From the human T2T-CHM13v2.0 reference genome, Homo sapiens, in NCBI RefSeq assembly GCF_009914755.1, contig NC_060925.1: a stretch of 64,000 nucleotides of DNA. One strand, 5' to 3'. The notes under the pieces are model-generated. The model saw only the letters and a list, made by a program, of their open reading frames with translations. It was not told the DNA's origin and did no database searches. How positions within the stretch are numbered: the stretch's first letter is position 1; each line of letters opens with the position of its first letter. Position numbers and translations under genes: made by a program. Shown here piece after piece: positions 17,453 through 35,539 of this stretch.

Positions 17453-17765
17453 TTATATGGTGACAATAGCAATTCAATAACTGGAATAAGAAAAATTAAT
17501 AGTCACAAGGAGCTTTTCATTTCACACAAGAAAGTCTATAAAATACTACTAGTATCAATGCAATAATTGTAATAAAAGGCAAACCTGAACTCTTCAAAAG
17601 CTAGTAAGTTACCTAAAGATATAGTTGTTTCAGAAATTTCAGGATTTGGGCGGGTCAGTGGCTCCCGCTTATAACCCCAGCACTTTGGGAGGCTGAGGCG
17701 GGCAGATCACGAGGTCAGGAGTTCAAGACCAGCCTGGCCAACATACTGAAACCCCATTTCTACTA

Positions 17766-18130
<365 letters not shown>

Positions 18131-19180
18131 TAAGTAGCTGGGATTACAGGTTCCTGCCACCACGCCTGGCTAATTTTTAGTAGAGACAGGGTCTCCCTAT
18201 GTTGGCCAGGCTGGTCTCGAACTCCTGACCTCGTGATCTGCCCACCTCAGCCTCTCAAAGTGCTGGGATTACAGGTGTGAGCCACCGCACCCAACCTTTG
18301 CTAAGTTTTGAACCTAAACCAAAATCTCAAAAAATACATGAGCCTAGGACATGAACAAATAATTTTCAAAACAGGAAATAAACCTAGTAAACAAGGGAGA
18401 AAAAAATAAGCCTTACAAGTAATAAAAGAAATACAAACTAAAATCGTCTATCATTTTCACCTATCAAATCAACAAAAATTGAAAGACTGCAATATTTAAT
18501 GCTGATAAAAGTAGAGTAGACCCTGAAAATATGTACATGTATTATATATCAATAAAAACAATTTAAAAATGTAGCAGGCACTAGGGTACACTGCAGGTAA
18601 AGTGAAAATTCATATCTGGTAATATACATCAATTTTCCTAGTGTTCACACCTCTTGACTCAGTAATTTTTACTTTTATTAAGGAAATATCTGAAATATTG
18701 AAAAGCATTATGCACAAAGATGGTTTCCAGCATGGCTTTTTTTCTTTTCAAGAGAAGAGTCTTGCTCTGTCACCCAAGCTGGAATGTGCAATAGCACAAT
18801 CATAATTCACTGCAGCCTCAAACTCCTGAGCTCAAGCAATCCTCCCATCTCAATATCCCAAGTAGCTAGGGCTACAGGCACACTCCATTATGCCTCACCA
18901 ATTTTTTTTCTAATTTCACAGAGACAAGGTCTTGCTATGTTGCCCAGGTTGGTCTTGAACTCCCGGGTCTAAACAATCTGCCTACCTTGGCCTCCCAAAG
19001 TGCTGGTTATTACACGCATGAGCCACCCTGCCTGGTCTCAGCATTCTTCTCAATAGCAAAACTGTTAACTTAAAAATCGAGTAAACAGCCGGGCGCGGTG
19101 GCTCACACCTGTCATCCCAGCACTTTGGGAGGCCAAGGTAGGCGGATCACGAGGTCAGGAGATCGAGACCATCCTGACTA

Positions 19181-19460
<280 letters not shown>

Positions 19461-21302
19461 CTAGGAAACACAGCAAGATCCTCATGTCAAAAAAAGAAAA
19501 AAAAAATCCAACAATAAGGAATGTGTTTTCAGTAAATTGTGGCACAGTCATATATCTAATACTATAAAGCCATTAAAGATGCCTTCAGAATGTTTTTTGA
19601 AATGTGACTATACTGGCCAGGTAGGGTGGCTCATGCCTGTAATCCCAGCAACTGGGTAAGCTGAGGCAGGAGGATAGCTTGAGCCCAGGAGTTGGAGGTT
19701 ACAGTGAGCTATGATCATGCCATTGTACTCCAGCCTGAGCAACAGAGATTCTATCTCTAAAAAAAAAAAAGAAAGAAAGAAATGTTAATATATCAATATG
19801 TTAAAATAGGAAAAATAATACAAAGTTACATTTACAGTATGATTTGCAGCTATGCAAATGTGTATGTATATATATAAACACATATATGCCAACCTATGTG
19901 TACATAAATATGTACAAAAATATGTATACATATATAAACAAAAAATTCCTTCAAGGAAATTTATCGAAATACATCAATGAGTTAGAGTTATGAGTAAACT
20001 GTTATTCTTTTTTTTTCCCTGTATTTTCCATAATGATCACATATGGCTTTTCTAGAGAAGGGGGGCTTTTCTGTTTCTCAAGCAAAAAAGCCTTTTCTCT
20101 TCATCACACTGAAAGAGAAATGAATGAAGTACTGTGTTACTGCCTATCCAGATATACGGTATTTTACTGGTTGCTAAGCAGCAGATCCTGGTGTTTTTAC
20201 ATCATGCCTATCTCTAGTCACAGGCAGAAAGGACAGGAACTCAGGCACAAACTCACCCCATCCAAATGGCAGTGTATTTCCTCTTGGGAGTGGTCCAAAG
20301 AGCACACACAGCAACTTTAATTCTCTACTCAAACCACTCCCCATCTCTCACCTTAACATACCAAGCAGATTTTTTATATGGAACAGTATTCCTCACACAA
20401 GCTGCACGAAAGGGAAGACCTTTTTAATCCTCTACTATATGCCACCCACTCCATCTCTGAGAGATAATTCGCATTTAAGTATGTTCACCCACCAAGCTAG
20501 AAATCACCATCATTCTGGACATGTATCTGTCATCAACTGACACAGACAGGTAAGCCTTGCTGCTTTCTGAAAATAGCCAATCCTGCTCAGTGAATGACAG
20601 CATCAGCTAAGATTTCTTCTACTGCAGAGAATGGGTGGGTCCCCCCACTAATGCTGTAAATTCCAATACTCAGTGTCATTCCCTCCAAACAGCAGAATCT
20701 ACAGTATGGAAATTCTTCCACAAGAAAAGCCCAATTCTTGTGGCCACAACCATTAAGAGAATCCTGAGCCAGGACATTCTCCCCAAGCTTCCCCTCCTGC
20801 TTCTTCACAGGAACCACAGCAGCCAAGTCCTATACTATGCCCGCCCCTGCTGCAGCAGCAGCCATTTTTGGCTCAGCCCTGCTGCAGTCCCAGATGAAAG
20901 CCAGGACGGCAAGGACAAGATGGCAAAGGACTTTTAAAATGGAAACTCTTAACAAAAATAACAATGAAGCAAGCATCATAAAAAATGTTGCAATAATATG
21001 CCATGTCATTTAAAATAAGGCTTTAAAAAAAGATGCCTATATTCAAGTACTTTAAACCATTTTTCATGGCGTCATGAAAAATTTGAGGGAACCTAATTCA
21101 TCACAATGTGAGATCAGCACTATACTGACACTATGGGGAAAACAATGCTTAATGAGTTTAGTTTTCTACTCAACTAACAGTTAACAACAACTCCCTTGAT
21201 TCCTGTGGAAAATCTAAACGCATTTCAAATTCCTCTTCACTCTCTTAAAATAATGTAATTTAATCTTTGCTGAATGAAGAGCTCACAGAGAATCAAATTT
21301 TA

Positions 21303-21665
<363 letters not shown>

Positions 21666-21822
21666 TTAAACAAAATATCACTTACTACAGAAAAAAATCA
21701 AATGACCTAATCTCACCAGCAACCAGTAACCACATGAACACTGTTGCATAACCAAGCACCAAGCACTTTTTCCTAATGTATTTTTTAAATAAAATTTGAA
21801 TATACATGCTACTTTTAACTGA

Positions 21823-22114
<292 letters not shown>

Positions 22115-23379
22115 TAGCCAGGATGGTCTTGATCTCCTGACCTCGTGATCCGCCCGCCTTGGCCTCACAAAGTGCTGGGATTACAGGCGTGAGCCACCAT
22201 GCCCAGCTTTAATGGTTATATAGTATTTCAATACCTATATAGTCTGTAATTTGCCCAATGTCCTATCACTAGGCCTTCAGCATGTTTCAAAAGGTTTACT
22301 CATGTCATGAAAGATGACATGAGAACAATCAGAATCTTACTTGAATACCAACTTTCAAAGTATAATTCTATAAAAGCAAATTGTATTAAATAAAAAAAAA
22401 CAGGGCTAATTTCAAGGTATTCCTTGAATATATGTTAAAAAAATCTCTTAGAATACTAACAAAATTTAATACAACAACAGTCCAGTTTCTGTTACATTAC
22501 CTAGGGCCACAAGAAACTCCTAGGTCAAACTGTCTCACCCACTCCACTTGGAAAAAGAGATTCATCCTAATCCCTGTCTCACTCTAGATACTAGTTTAGT
22601 ATAAAAGACAAGTTCAAACAAAAGAAGACAGTAACTAAGCCTAGGGAAAAAGTGAAACCAATTCCATGAGGTAAGACTGATCCAGGACTCTAATCAGACA
22701 ATTCTGAGGTCTAGCTTCAGACTGGAGAATGGAGGGATTAAAAGGCTCAGAAGAAGTTCTAAAGACTCCCGGATCTATAACTGACAGGGAACCAAGCACC
22801 TAGAAAAAGCAGGCAAGCTCAGAAGTACACTATACATTCCATCACAGAAATTCCTTTGGGCCAGGCACAGTGGCTCACGCCTATAATCCCAAGACTTTGG
22901 GAGGCAAAGGCAGGTGGATTGCTTGAGCCTGGAAGGTCAGTGCTGCAGTGAGCCAAGATGATGCCACTGTACTCTGGCCTGGGCAACAGAGCGAGACCCT
23001 GTCTCTACAAAAAAAAAAAAAAAAAAAAAGCAAATAAAATTTTTAAAAAAATCTTTGGGTTCACAAATTTGAAAAGGCCAACTACTTTTTGTTACGTACT
23101 CCTTAGATGGAATCAAACTTGCTAACACTAAAAAAAAAAAACCAGAAAAATAAAACGCCCCCTTACAGGGCCTTCAACATGAAGCTTCTTTATAAAAGTA
23201 AAATCCATTTCCCTTCAACTCCCAGACTGTTTCCTAATGCAACTTCAATTACCTTTCCAGTCATTACAAGTCACAGTGAGCTGGTATCTACTACCATGAC
23301 CCAGAGAGCTTCCCAAAATACTTTCCCTATGAGGTCATTGCGGTATTAGCTATTAATAACATTATTTTATGCCATATAA

Positions 23380-23518
23380 TAAAATATATCAACATTTGGA
23401 AAATTTACATAACTTAATGAACAATTATCTTCAAATAACTGATGCATAATGGTATAATCTTCCAAATAACCAATGCATGATATTACAAAATCACACACAG
23501 GTAAAAGATCCATTCAAG
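23380..23518 (+). mobile_element. Charlie1-like hAT DNA transposon fragment
   Basis: ttccaaataaccaatgcatgatattacaaaatca...gtaaaagatccattcaag resembles the recalled Charlie1 consensus. Confidence 0.5.
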
Positions 23519-25797
23519 CCAAGCACGATGTACACACTCTGTCATCCTAGCAACTCAAGATGCTGAGGCAGGAGGATGGCTTGAGGCCAGGAGTTCGAGG
23601 CTACAGTGAGCTGTGACTGTATCTGTGAATAGCCACTGCACTCCAGCCTGGGAAACAAAGGAATATGCTGTTTCCAAAATAATTTTTAAATAATCACAAA
23701 ATGATTCCTAAATGCTCCAAAGTTCCCTCCTTTCTCAAATCTATTTTCTAATTAGATTAAGAAACTTTCAGGGACAATGGCCACTCTTCATTTTTACTTC
23801 TTCCCACAGTTCTCCTGAAGTGTATAGCAGACACTGATGTGTGCTGCCCCTAGTAGCTTTCGGCCACTTTCAGGATGTGTTATTTTTGAAGGGAAGCTAA
23901 AAAGTACTACATCTCAAAGACTACATCTCAAAGACTCTTAGACAGACAAAAGTCTTCACTCATCTAGAAGATTCTAACGGCATTCTGAATAGCACTATCA
24001 TTCTTTTAACTATCTACTATGACAGCTACCACAGTAACATTTATTTTTAATAGCTGAGACCATTTGAGAAGGAGGTGAGTTAAAAGATTTCCATAATCCA
24101 TTCTAACCCTCGCATTCTAAGATTCTGGTTCTCTTTATTCTCAAGTCCCAGCATTCAATAATGCTGGATACTATGGTTGTTTAGGGGCTTGAAGATGAGT
24201 CAGCAGGTACAGCAATTTGTGAGATGCAGCTTTTTTTTGTTTGTTTGTTTGTTTGAGACGGAGTCTCGCTCTTGTAGCCCAGGCTGCAGTGCAATGAATT
24301 GCACAATTTTGGCTCAGGGGAACCTCCGCCTCCCAGGTTCAAGTGATTCCCCTGCCACAGCCTCCTGAGTAGCTGGGATTATAGGTATGTGCCACCACAC
24401 CCGACTAATTTTTCTATTTTTAGTAGAGACTGGATTTCACCATGTTGGCCAGGCTGGTCTCGAACTCCTGACTTCAGGTGATCCTCCCTCCTTGGCCTCC
24501 CAAAGTGCTGGGATTATAGGCGTGAGCCACCGAGACCGGCCAAGAAGCATTTCATTATACTTCAAACAACAGTGAAGCCAGCAAAAGATAGCTGCTGTGG
24601 TTTACATTGCTGAACATGCTGTTGGGTTTCACAGGCCAGTAAAAACTACCTATTGTCAGCAAGCCTCATTTTTCTTAGTTAAAGGTTAAGAAGCACCAGA
24701 CTTAGCCAGCAGCTCCTAAAGCAGAGTGAACAATCTCTTTTCTCAAAGCAGAATTAGTATAAGTGCTTATCCACCAAAATCAGGGTTATTAGTTTAATGG
24801 AATTTGCTCATTTCTAAAGATGTCCTACTGGAAATAAGATAACGGAACATTCAAAAACCATTCTTCCCTAGGAATGTGCCTCTGGTTGCAATAAACAAAC
24901 TCTCTATATAGATCACTAATGTTATACATGCTCAGACACAGGAAAAACTGCTTTCAATAACAACAAGAAAAGTAAGTCAAGGGCGTATTTTTTTTAATCA
25001 CAAAATGCTATTAACTAAAGTACAGAGAAAGGAATAGAAAATATGCAGATACAGTATCAATCACTAACCTTTTTTGTGAGAGCCAGAAAGGCAAAACAAC
25101 CTGCAACATTCTACGAAATTATCTATTTTTCTGGTTTTGAGTATTTTCAACTTAGTTTTCCTTCTGAGTCAAAAGTAGTTGAACTTTAAGAATCCTTCTG
25201 TCATAAGTAGCCTCCGCTCCAAATATATTTTTCAAAGTTTTGGTTTCCAGTGAAAGACTAAACTGAAAAACACTTCCTAACTGCTTTCTGGTTGCATATC
25301 CAACGGTTCATCTGAGCATTATACCCTGAACACAAATAGAAGTTCCTTTTTCATTCAAAGGCAGCCAATTTAACCTAATATTTCAAATTCTAGCTGAACT
25401 ATTAATAAGGAGATGCAGATATATGCTATGTATCTATGCATCTATGTATCTCTCCATCTATATATCTCTTTAGCAGTATGATAAAAGATGTCCTACATTT
25501 TGATGAGCAGGTATTTTCACTATTGTCTCATTATTTGAGTATTGAAACAATATGCCTCAATTTTACTCACTTATAAACTATCTACTACAAACCTGTGACT
25601 AACCATAAACAAAGGCTGAAACTGAAACCAGAAATATATTTTTTAAATATATAGGCCAGCGGGGCACAGTGGCTCACGCCTGTAATCCCAGAACTTTGGG
25701 ATGCTGAGGCGGGTGGATTACTTGAGGTCAGGAGTTCAAGACCAGCCTGGCCAACATAGAGAAACCCCATCTCCACTAAAAATACAAAACCTACCTA

Positions 25798-25984
<187 letters not shown>

Positions 25985-26375
25985 TCAATCCACAATAATG
26001 AGGCAAAGACAAGCTAACTGAAACAGTTCCTTTTCTTCTGCTTAAAATTTATCAACTAAGGATAGTAATGGAGTTTATCATGCTCTGTTCAATTCCTGAT
26101 TAGCATATTAAAATCTTTTATTGAAAACTCCAGGTTCAAATTAATGATTTCACAGTAACTACTGCCCAGAACCCCAACAGCAGCCTATTAGGGAGACAGC
26201 AAGTGATTTACATATTTTTGAAGTTTTAGTCAGGTACGGTGCCTCACACCTCTAATCTCAGCCACTTGGGAGGCTAATGCGGGAGAATTGCTTGAGCCCA
26301 GGAGTTGGGAGTTTGCAGTGAGCTATGACAGCGCCACTGCACTCCACCCTGGGTGAAAGAGTGAAACTCCATCTA

Positions 26376-26844
<469 letters not shown>

Positions 26845-27589
26845 TCAATCAAAAACTAGCTATCAAGGATTAAATGTCACTTCCTCCAATTACATAAACA
26901 AAACTCAGTGGGAATCTATTCTGGATAGTTTAAAGGTTGTGCTGCGTTGATCCTCCTCTTTCCTCTCAGCAGCTTCTTTCTCTTTTCTGTAAGCTTCCTC
27001 ATCTTCCTCAAGTAACCAGACACTGCATAGACTAATAATCTTTGCTTTTCTCTTCCCTCTCTCCATTATGCTTATATTATCACAGATTTGTTTTTCCAAC
27101 CATTTCTGCTCATCTGACTTCCATCTCCCTATTTCCAAACATCTTCAGTTATCTCCATTTGTTTGTAAAATGAGTTGGATATTTCACTCATTTCAAATCC
27201 AACATGTCCTAAACTGAATTTATCTGTCCACTATCTCAAAACAACGTATAAAATTAAATCCTACATCTTTCTTACTCTATCAATGACAGCATCATTTTCT
27301 AGTCTCAAAACCCTGGAGTCAACTTTAACTCTTCTTTCAGAAATCAAAGATAGTCAAATCCCTATTTTTCTTCCTTTATGATAGCTTTCATGATATGATC
27401 ACCCTTTCCTTTTCATTTCCCTCTAGACAGGATGTACCTCAGCAAAACCTTGGAAAACCTTGGAAAAATTAGGCCGGGCACAGTGGCTCTCATCTGTTAA
27501 TCCCGCACTTTGGGAGGCTGGAGCCAGAGGATCGCTTGAGCCCAGGAGTTCAAGACCAGGCTAGGCAACATAGTGAAACCTCGTCTCTA

Positions 27590-27709
<120 letters not shown>

Positions 27710-28792
27710 CTAGGCAACAAAGCAAGACCCTATCTCAAAAAATAATAATAAATGAATAATAAATTATACAGTTAGATATCCAAAGGTTCTCCAAAATTGT
27801 CAGATGCACATTTGCTGCTTTCTATTTTATCCCAGTGGATCTTCGGACTACCCCATATACACCATACACCATTTCCTAACCACTGACCACGACTCTGCCC
27901 ATACCATTTCCCTCAACTGTAGATGTCCTTCCCCTCAACTTCAAGTCAGCCCAAATACTACTTCCTATTCCCCTAGTCCTCACTGACTTTCAAGGTTCTG
28001 ATCTCGTACCTCCATTTGAGAGTACTGTTTTTTTCTTGTAGTTTTTTTTTGTTTGTTTTTTTTTAAGAGAAGATCTTGCTCTCTTTCTTACCCAGGCTGG
28101 AGTGCAGTGGTATGATCACAACTCACTGCAGCTTCAACCTCCTGGGCTAGAGTGACCCTCCTGCTCACCACTACACCTGGCTAATTTTTTTTTTGGTAGA
28201 GACAGGGTTTCCCTATGTTGCCCAGGTTGGTCTTCCTACTCCTAGGCTCAAGTGCTCCTTCTGTCTAGCCTCCCAAAGTGCTGGGATTACAGGTGTGAGC
28301 CACCACACCCAGCCTCAGGTTTCTTTTGTATATTCTTCAATAGACAGCACAGACATACAATGTTACTTAATAAATATTTGCTCCATTAATTATTGACTAA
28401 ATAATTATTGTGCACCTGCTAAGAATCAGGTACTGTGGTTAGCTTAATCTGTAATATCAAAACAATAACATTTCTCTTTTTTCTCTTATTCTTTCTCAAG
28501 ATTCCACTAGTCTTTCCTTCAGTTTACCATTACTAGTTGTCCTTTTTCACTCAGTTGAGCCTGCAGCTGAATAGCAGTTAAGCTACCTCATTAACATGAT
28601 TCTGAAATACAAGGGAATAATGACTTTTCTCTCAAAATATTCCAAGAAAAATCAGAAAGAATAATGAGCAGTAAGTTTCCGAAGGCTATTTGACCAACTG
28701 GAGGTTTCTCACAATTGTCCTTATCATGAACTAATTTCACACTGGTGCCCTTATGAACTGACCAAAGCCTTCAATGTCACTGAAAGCACTGA

Positions 28793-29122
<330 letters not shown>

Positions 29123-29966
29123 TAGAATTACAGGTGTGAGCCAACACACCAAGCCAATATATAGTTAATTGAAGAAAAGGGGTTATTTTTAAAGTGCTTA
29201 TGAACTGTAACTTATGATAACCAAATACTTATTTCAACTTAGCTCCTCCAACTAAAACAATTATTCTGACCTGGTACACAAGATTTAACACCACTAAAAC
29301 ACAACATAAACTAGGCACAGTGGCACACACTTGTAATCCCCCCTACTCAAGAAGCTGAGGCAGTAGAATTACCTGAGTTTGAGTCCAACGGTGAGTATAC
29401 ACACGTACATACATATACATACACACACACACTCTCTCTCTATATATATAGGTGTTCATCCATGGGTTCCACAAAGATAACTAGAGTACATTTTGGGCCT
29501 TTAATCCCATCTAAACAATTTGCTGTTAACGAAACTCAAAAACAGAAATACCTATATTTTCTCGCTAAATCCAATTGTTACCTATGATGAGTAAAGACAC
29601 TAGATCTGCAGGTCCTAGTACAATCTATACATAAAAGGCCTTCAGATTTGAGGCACAAAAAAAAGGGCAAAAAAAGAAAAAAAAGAAAAAAAAACCTTCT
29701 ACACATTTCCTTCTTTTATCTGCAATATAAGAAGGAATCCTTTCTAACTCTAATAACATATTAACAAGAATTAAGAACACGATTGTCGGGGAACTCAGAT
29801 GTTGGCAAAGCTTAAAAATAAAAAAACAAGGGCTGGGTGCAGTGGCTCAGGCCTATAATCCCAACACTTTGGGAGGCCGAGGCAGGAGGATTGCTTAAGC
29901 CCAGGAGTTTGGGATCAGACTGGACAACAAAGTGAGACCCCTATCCCTATCTCTCCAAAAATTTTA

Positions 29967-30194
<228 letters not shown>

Positions 30195-30804
30195 TCACCT
30201 GAGGTCAGGAGTTCGAGACAAGACTGGCCAACATGGCGAAACCTCGTCTCTACTAAAAATACAAAAAAAATTAGCCAAGCGTGGTGGCGCACGCCTGTAA
30301 TTCCAACTGCTTGGGAGGCTAAGGCAGGAGAATTGTTTGAACCCATGAGGTGGAGGCTGCAGTGAGCCAGGTATGGTGGCTCATGCCTGTAATCCTAGCA
30401 CTCTGGGAGGCCAAGGCTGGAAGATCAACTGAGGCTGGGAGTTTGAGACCAGCCTGGGCAACACAGTAAGACTATCTCTACAAAAAACTGAAAAATTATC
30501 CAGATGCCAGGTGCGGTGGCTTACACCTGTAATCCCAGCACTTTGGGAGGCCAAGCGGGTGGATCATCTGAGGTCAGGAGTTCAAGACCAGCCTGGGCAA
30601 CATGGTGAAACCCCGTCTATACAAAAATACATAAAGTTAGCCAGGCATGATGGCAGGTGCCTGTAATCCCAGCTACTCAGGAGGCTGTGTTCAAGCTAAT
30701 CGCTTGAACCTGGGAGGCAGAGGTTGCAGTGAGCCGAAATTGTGCTATTGCACTCCAGCTTGGGCAGCAAGAGCGAAACTCCATCTCAAAAAAAAAAAAA
30801 AAAG

Positions 30805-31499
30805 ATAATGGCTTCTTGAAAGAACACAGAAATCAACCTGAAGGAATTCCTGATGGCCAAAGCTAGAACAATCTGAGTAAGAAAACAAACAATGATAGTT
30901 ACTGGATTTTAACCCATAAAATAAAATATATACCCATGAGTCCATAGTGATATGAATAATAAACAAATGGAGGAAAGAAAGCTTTTCCTCATAGAATTAT
31001 AATCAATAAATGTAGAAGGAAAGAGTGAAATAGAAAGTCACAATTGGGCAACCACAAAAGCAATAAATGTTGCAGACAAGCTCCATCAGTTGCTAAAATT
31101 GAGAACCAAAGTTTGAGAAGATTCTAACATTGTTTGCAAACTCATCAAATATCTCCCACAAGATACTTACCAACTACAAAAGGAAAGAGAATAACTCCAC
31201 AATAGAAAGACCAGCAAGATGCCAACTTAACCAAGTAGTCAAGGTAATCATCATCATACTGACATCATGAATCTCCTGATATGGGGCAATGAGAAGGAAT
31301 GCATAACCTCGCCCCATTCATGAGAAAACATCAAACAAATCCAAAACGAGGGACACCCTATAAACAATGGATCAGCAATCTTCAAAAGTGTCAAAGTCAC
31401 AAAAGATAAGGAAAGTCGCAGGAATCGTTACAAACCATAAGAGAATAAAGAGAAATAACTAAATGCAATTAGAATCCTGAAACAGAAAAAGGACATCAG
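30805..31499 (+). mobile_element. Old L1 (L1MC/L1MD-type) 3' fragment, host of the HSPE1 retrocopy
   Basis: The motifs gatggccaaagctagaacaatctgag and ttcaaaagtgtcaaagtca are typical of L1MC/MD 3' regions. Confidence 0.55.
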
Positions 31500-31586
31500 G
31501 GGTCTCTCCTTCCAGCACAGTACGAGGGCAGAGTAGGACGTGTAGTGCTGGGAGTCATGGCAGGAAAAGCATTTAGAAAGTTTCTT

Positions 31587-32261
<675 letters not shown>

Positions 32262-32361
32262 TCAAAGAAAAGTATGGCAAGCAACAGCAGTAGCTGCTGG
32301 GTCAGGCTCTGAACGAAAGGGTAGAGAGAGATTCAACCAGTCAGTGTAAAAGTTGGAGATA

Positions 32362-32659
<298 letters not shown>

Positions 32660-32911
32660 AAAAGTTGGAGATAAAGTTCTTCCAGAATATAGAGGTGCCA
32701 AAGCAGCTCTACATGACAAGGATTATTCATTTAGAGATGGTGACACTCTTGGAAAGTATGTAAACTGAAATAAATCACTATTGAAATGGCATCAACGTGA
32801 AGCTGCCCGTTCCACTAAAGTTCTGAAATCATTCATCATGTAAATAATTTCCATGTCTGTCTTTTATAATAAACTAATGATATCTAAACTAATCCAAAGC
32901 AGGCAGAATCA

Positions 32912-33121
<210 letters not shown>

Positions 33122-33312
33122 TCATCTTAAAAAAAAAAAAAAAAGGTGGGACACAGTGGCTCACACCTGTAATCCCAGCACTTTGGGAGGCCGAGGCGGG
33201 TGGATCACTTGAGGAGTTCAAGACCAGCCTGGCCAACATGCCGAAACCCTGTCTTTACTAAAAATACAAAAACTTAGCTGAGTGTGGTGGTGCACACCTG
33301 TAATGCCAGCTA

Positions 33313-33468
<156 letters not shown>

Positions 33469-35539
33469 CTATGTAATGGTTACCAGGTGGGGGTATCCAT
33501 ATAATTTACTATCCAAACCAGGACCATTACAGGAGAAACAGGATCTATTAGTAGGTCACTGGTCAGTGTTGTTAAAGACCTCAAATAAATTTGAGTTGGC
33601 ATGAACTTTATGGTTAGGCAAGTTGCCCTAACCTCCCCTCAGCCTCTAGAACAAAGGTAGGAGAGGGGGCAGAAAGCTGAACCAGAAAAATCCCCAAACT
33701 CCTTTCCAGCTTAGAAAAATCACTGGCTCATGGTGGCACCCTTCAAAGACACTTCTTTTTAAATTTACTGTCTACTATGTGTAAAGGAAAAATAAGCTAA
33801 TGCATACTTATGTTTGGATCCTTTAACTATGATTTTTCTAATGAAGATCAAGAATGAAATCAATGACATTCCAGAGCCACACTCAGCTTTCATTGCCTTA
33901 CCTAAAATGTACCACATTTAAATACACTCACTCAGTCACACAATATAAAAGGTAATAAGCTAAGGTCAAGTGCTCTGTAGTCTGCTTTTGAAACAGCATT
34001 TATTCCAGGAAGTTGGACTACTTTCAAACTCTAATATTTCTGAAAAAGATCAACAATGTAACACAGGGAGTATCAGCTGACTACATTAGCCTCAAAGATT
34101 CAACAATTATTAATTAGGTACTTGATGCCATTAAAATTATACATGGACTAATTAAGACCCACTTCCTTTGAATATTGAGTAAGAGCTAAGCTGGAGACAT
34201 GCATAATAATTTAAAACTTAAAGCAGATACAATCTTACAAAATCAGCAACTCCACTCATTCCCACTTCCCAATGTTAAGCAACTGAAGAGTTTTTTTGTG
34301 GAAAGTCTTTATCCAAAACAAATAAACTGTTTTTATTACACCTAAAGGTAACAAAATAACCTCTTCTTTAATGTGGTCTTTTCCTAAATAGCAAAAAGAA
34401 TCCTGCTAAACAAGAGATTAAGCAGTATTTCCCAATTTTGTTTTTTGTTTGTTTTGTTTTGTTTTTTTGAGACAGGGTCTGGCTCTGTAGCCCAGGCTGG
34501 AGTACAGTGGCGTGATCTCAGCTCACCGTAGCCTCCGCCACCTGAGTTCAAGCGATTCTCCTGCCTCAGCCTCCCAAGTAGCTGGGATTACAAGCACGTG
34601 CCACCACACCTGGCTAATTTTTGTATTTTTTTAGTAGAGACAGGGTTTCTCCATGTCGGCCAGGCTGGTCTCGTACTCCTGACCTTAGGTGATCTGCCCG
34701 CCTCAGCCTCCCGAAGTGCTGGGATTACAAGTGTGAGCCACTGTGCCCAGCTCCAATTTTGTTTCTTTATAATAACATATACATTAGAATAGCCTGGGAG
34801 TATAACCTCATATCAATCAACAACCAATTTTAACCTGACAGAACTAACACTATGCAAAATCCAAAAACCTAAGAATTTGTAACTCATAATTTCAATTATT
34901 CACAGGACAGCAAAACAGTCAAATGCTTATACTCTATTTTTTACAAAACTACCACTGCCTAATAGTAATTTATCTTAATAATAAAAGCAGACAACACTTG
35001 TTTTCCGGGCATAAAAAAGGATAGAAATGGTCAAAGTTCGTTTATCCAATAGGCCTTATTTTATAAATAGCACACCTCACTAAATCTCAAGCACTTAATG
35101 GATTATATAACCTTAACGCACAAGGCTGGGCGGGGTGGCTGATGTCTGTAATTCCAACACTTTGGGAAGCCAAGGCAGGAGAATCACTTGAGCTCAGGAG
35201 TTTGAGACACGAGTGGGCAACACAGTGAGACTCTGTCTCTACCGAAAATAAAAAACTAGGCAGGAGTGGTGGCTCGCACCTATAATCCCGCATTTTGGAA
35301 GGCAAAGGTAGGCAGATCACTTGAGCCCAGGAGTTGGAGACCAGCCTGGGCAACATGGTGAAATCCCGTCTCTACAAAAAATACAAAAAGTAGCTGGGTG
35401 TAGTGGCGCACACATGCAGTTAGTCCCAGTTACTTGGGAAGCTTAGGTGGGAGGGCTCCTTGAGCTCAGGAGTTCGAGGCTGCAGTGAGATCTGATTATG
35501 CCATTACACTCCAGCCTGGGTGACAGAGACAGACCTCAA

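Noticed and set aside
23841-23856. CTCF-like motif gtgctgcccctagtag
   Set aside because: The core is one G short of consensus spacing and has a mismatch at a conserved position.
23906-23933. 14-bp tandem duplication actacatctcaaag x2
   Set aside because: Ordinary slippage duplication with no functional indication.
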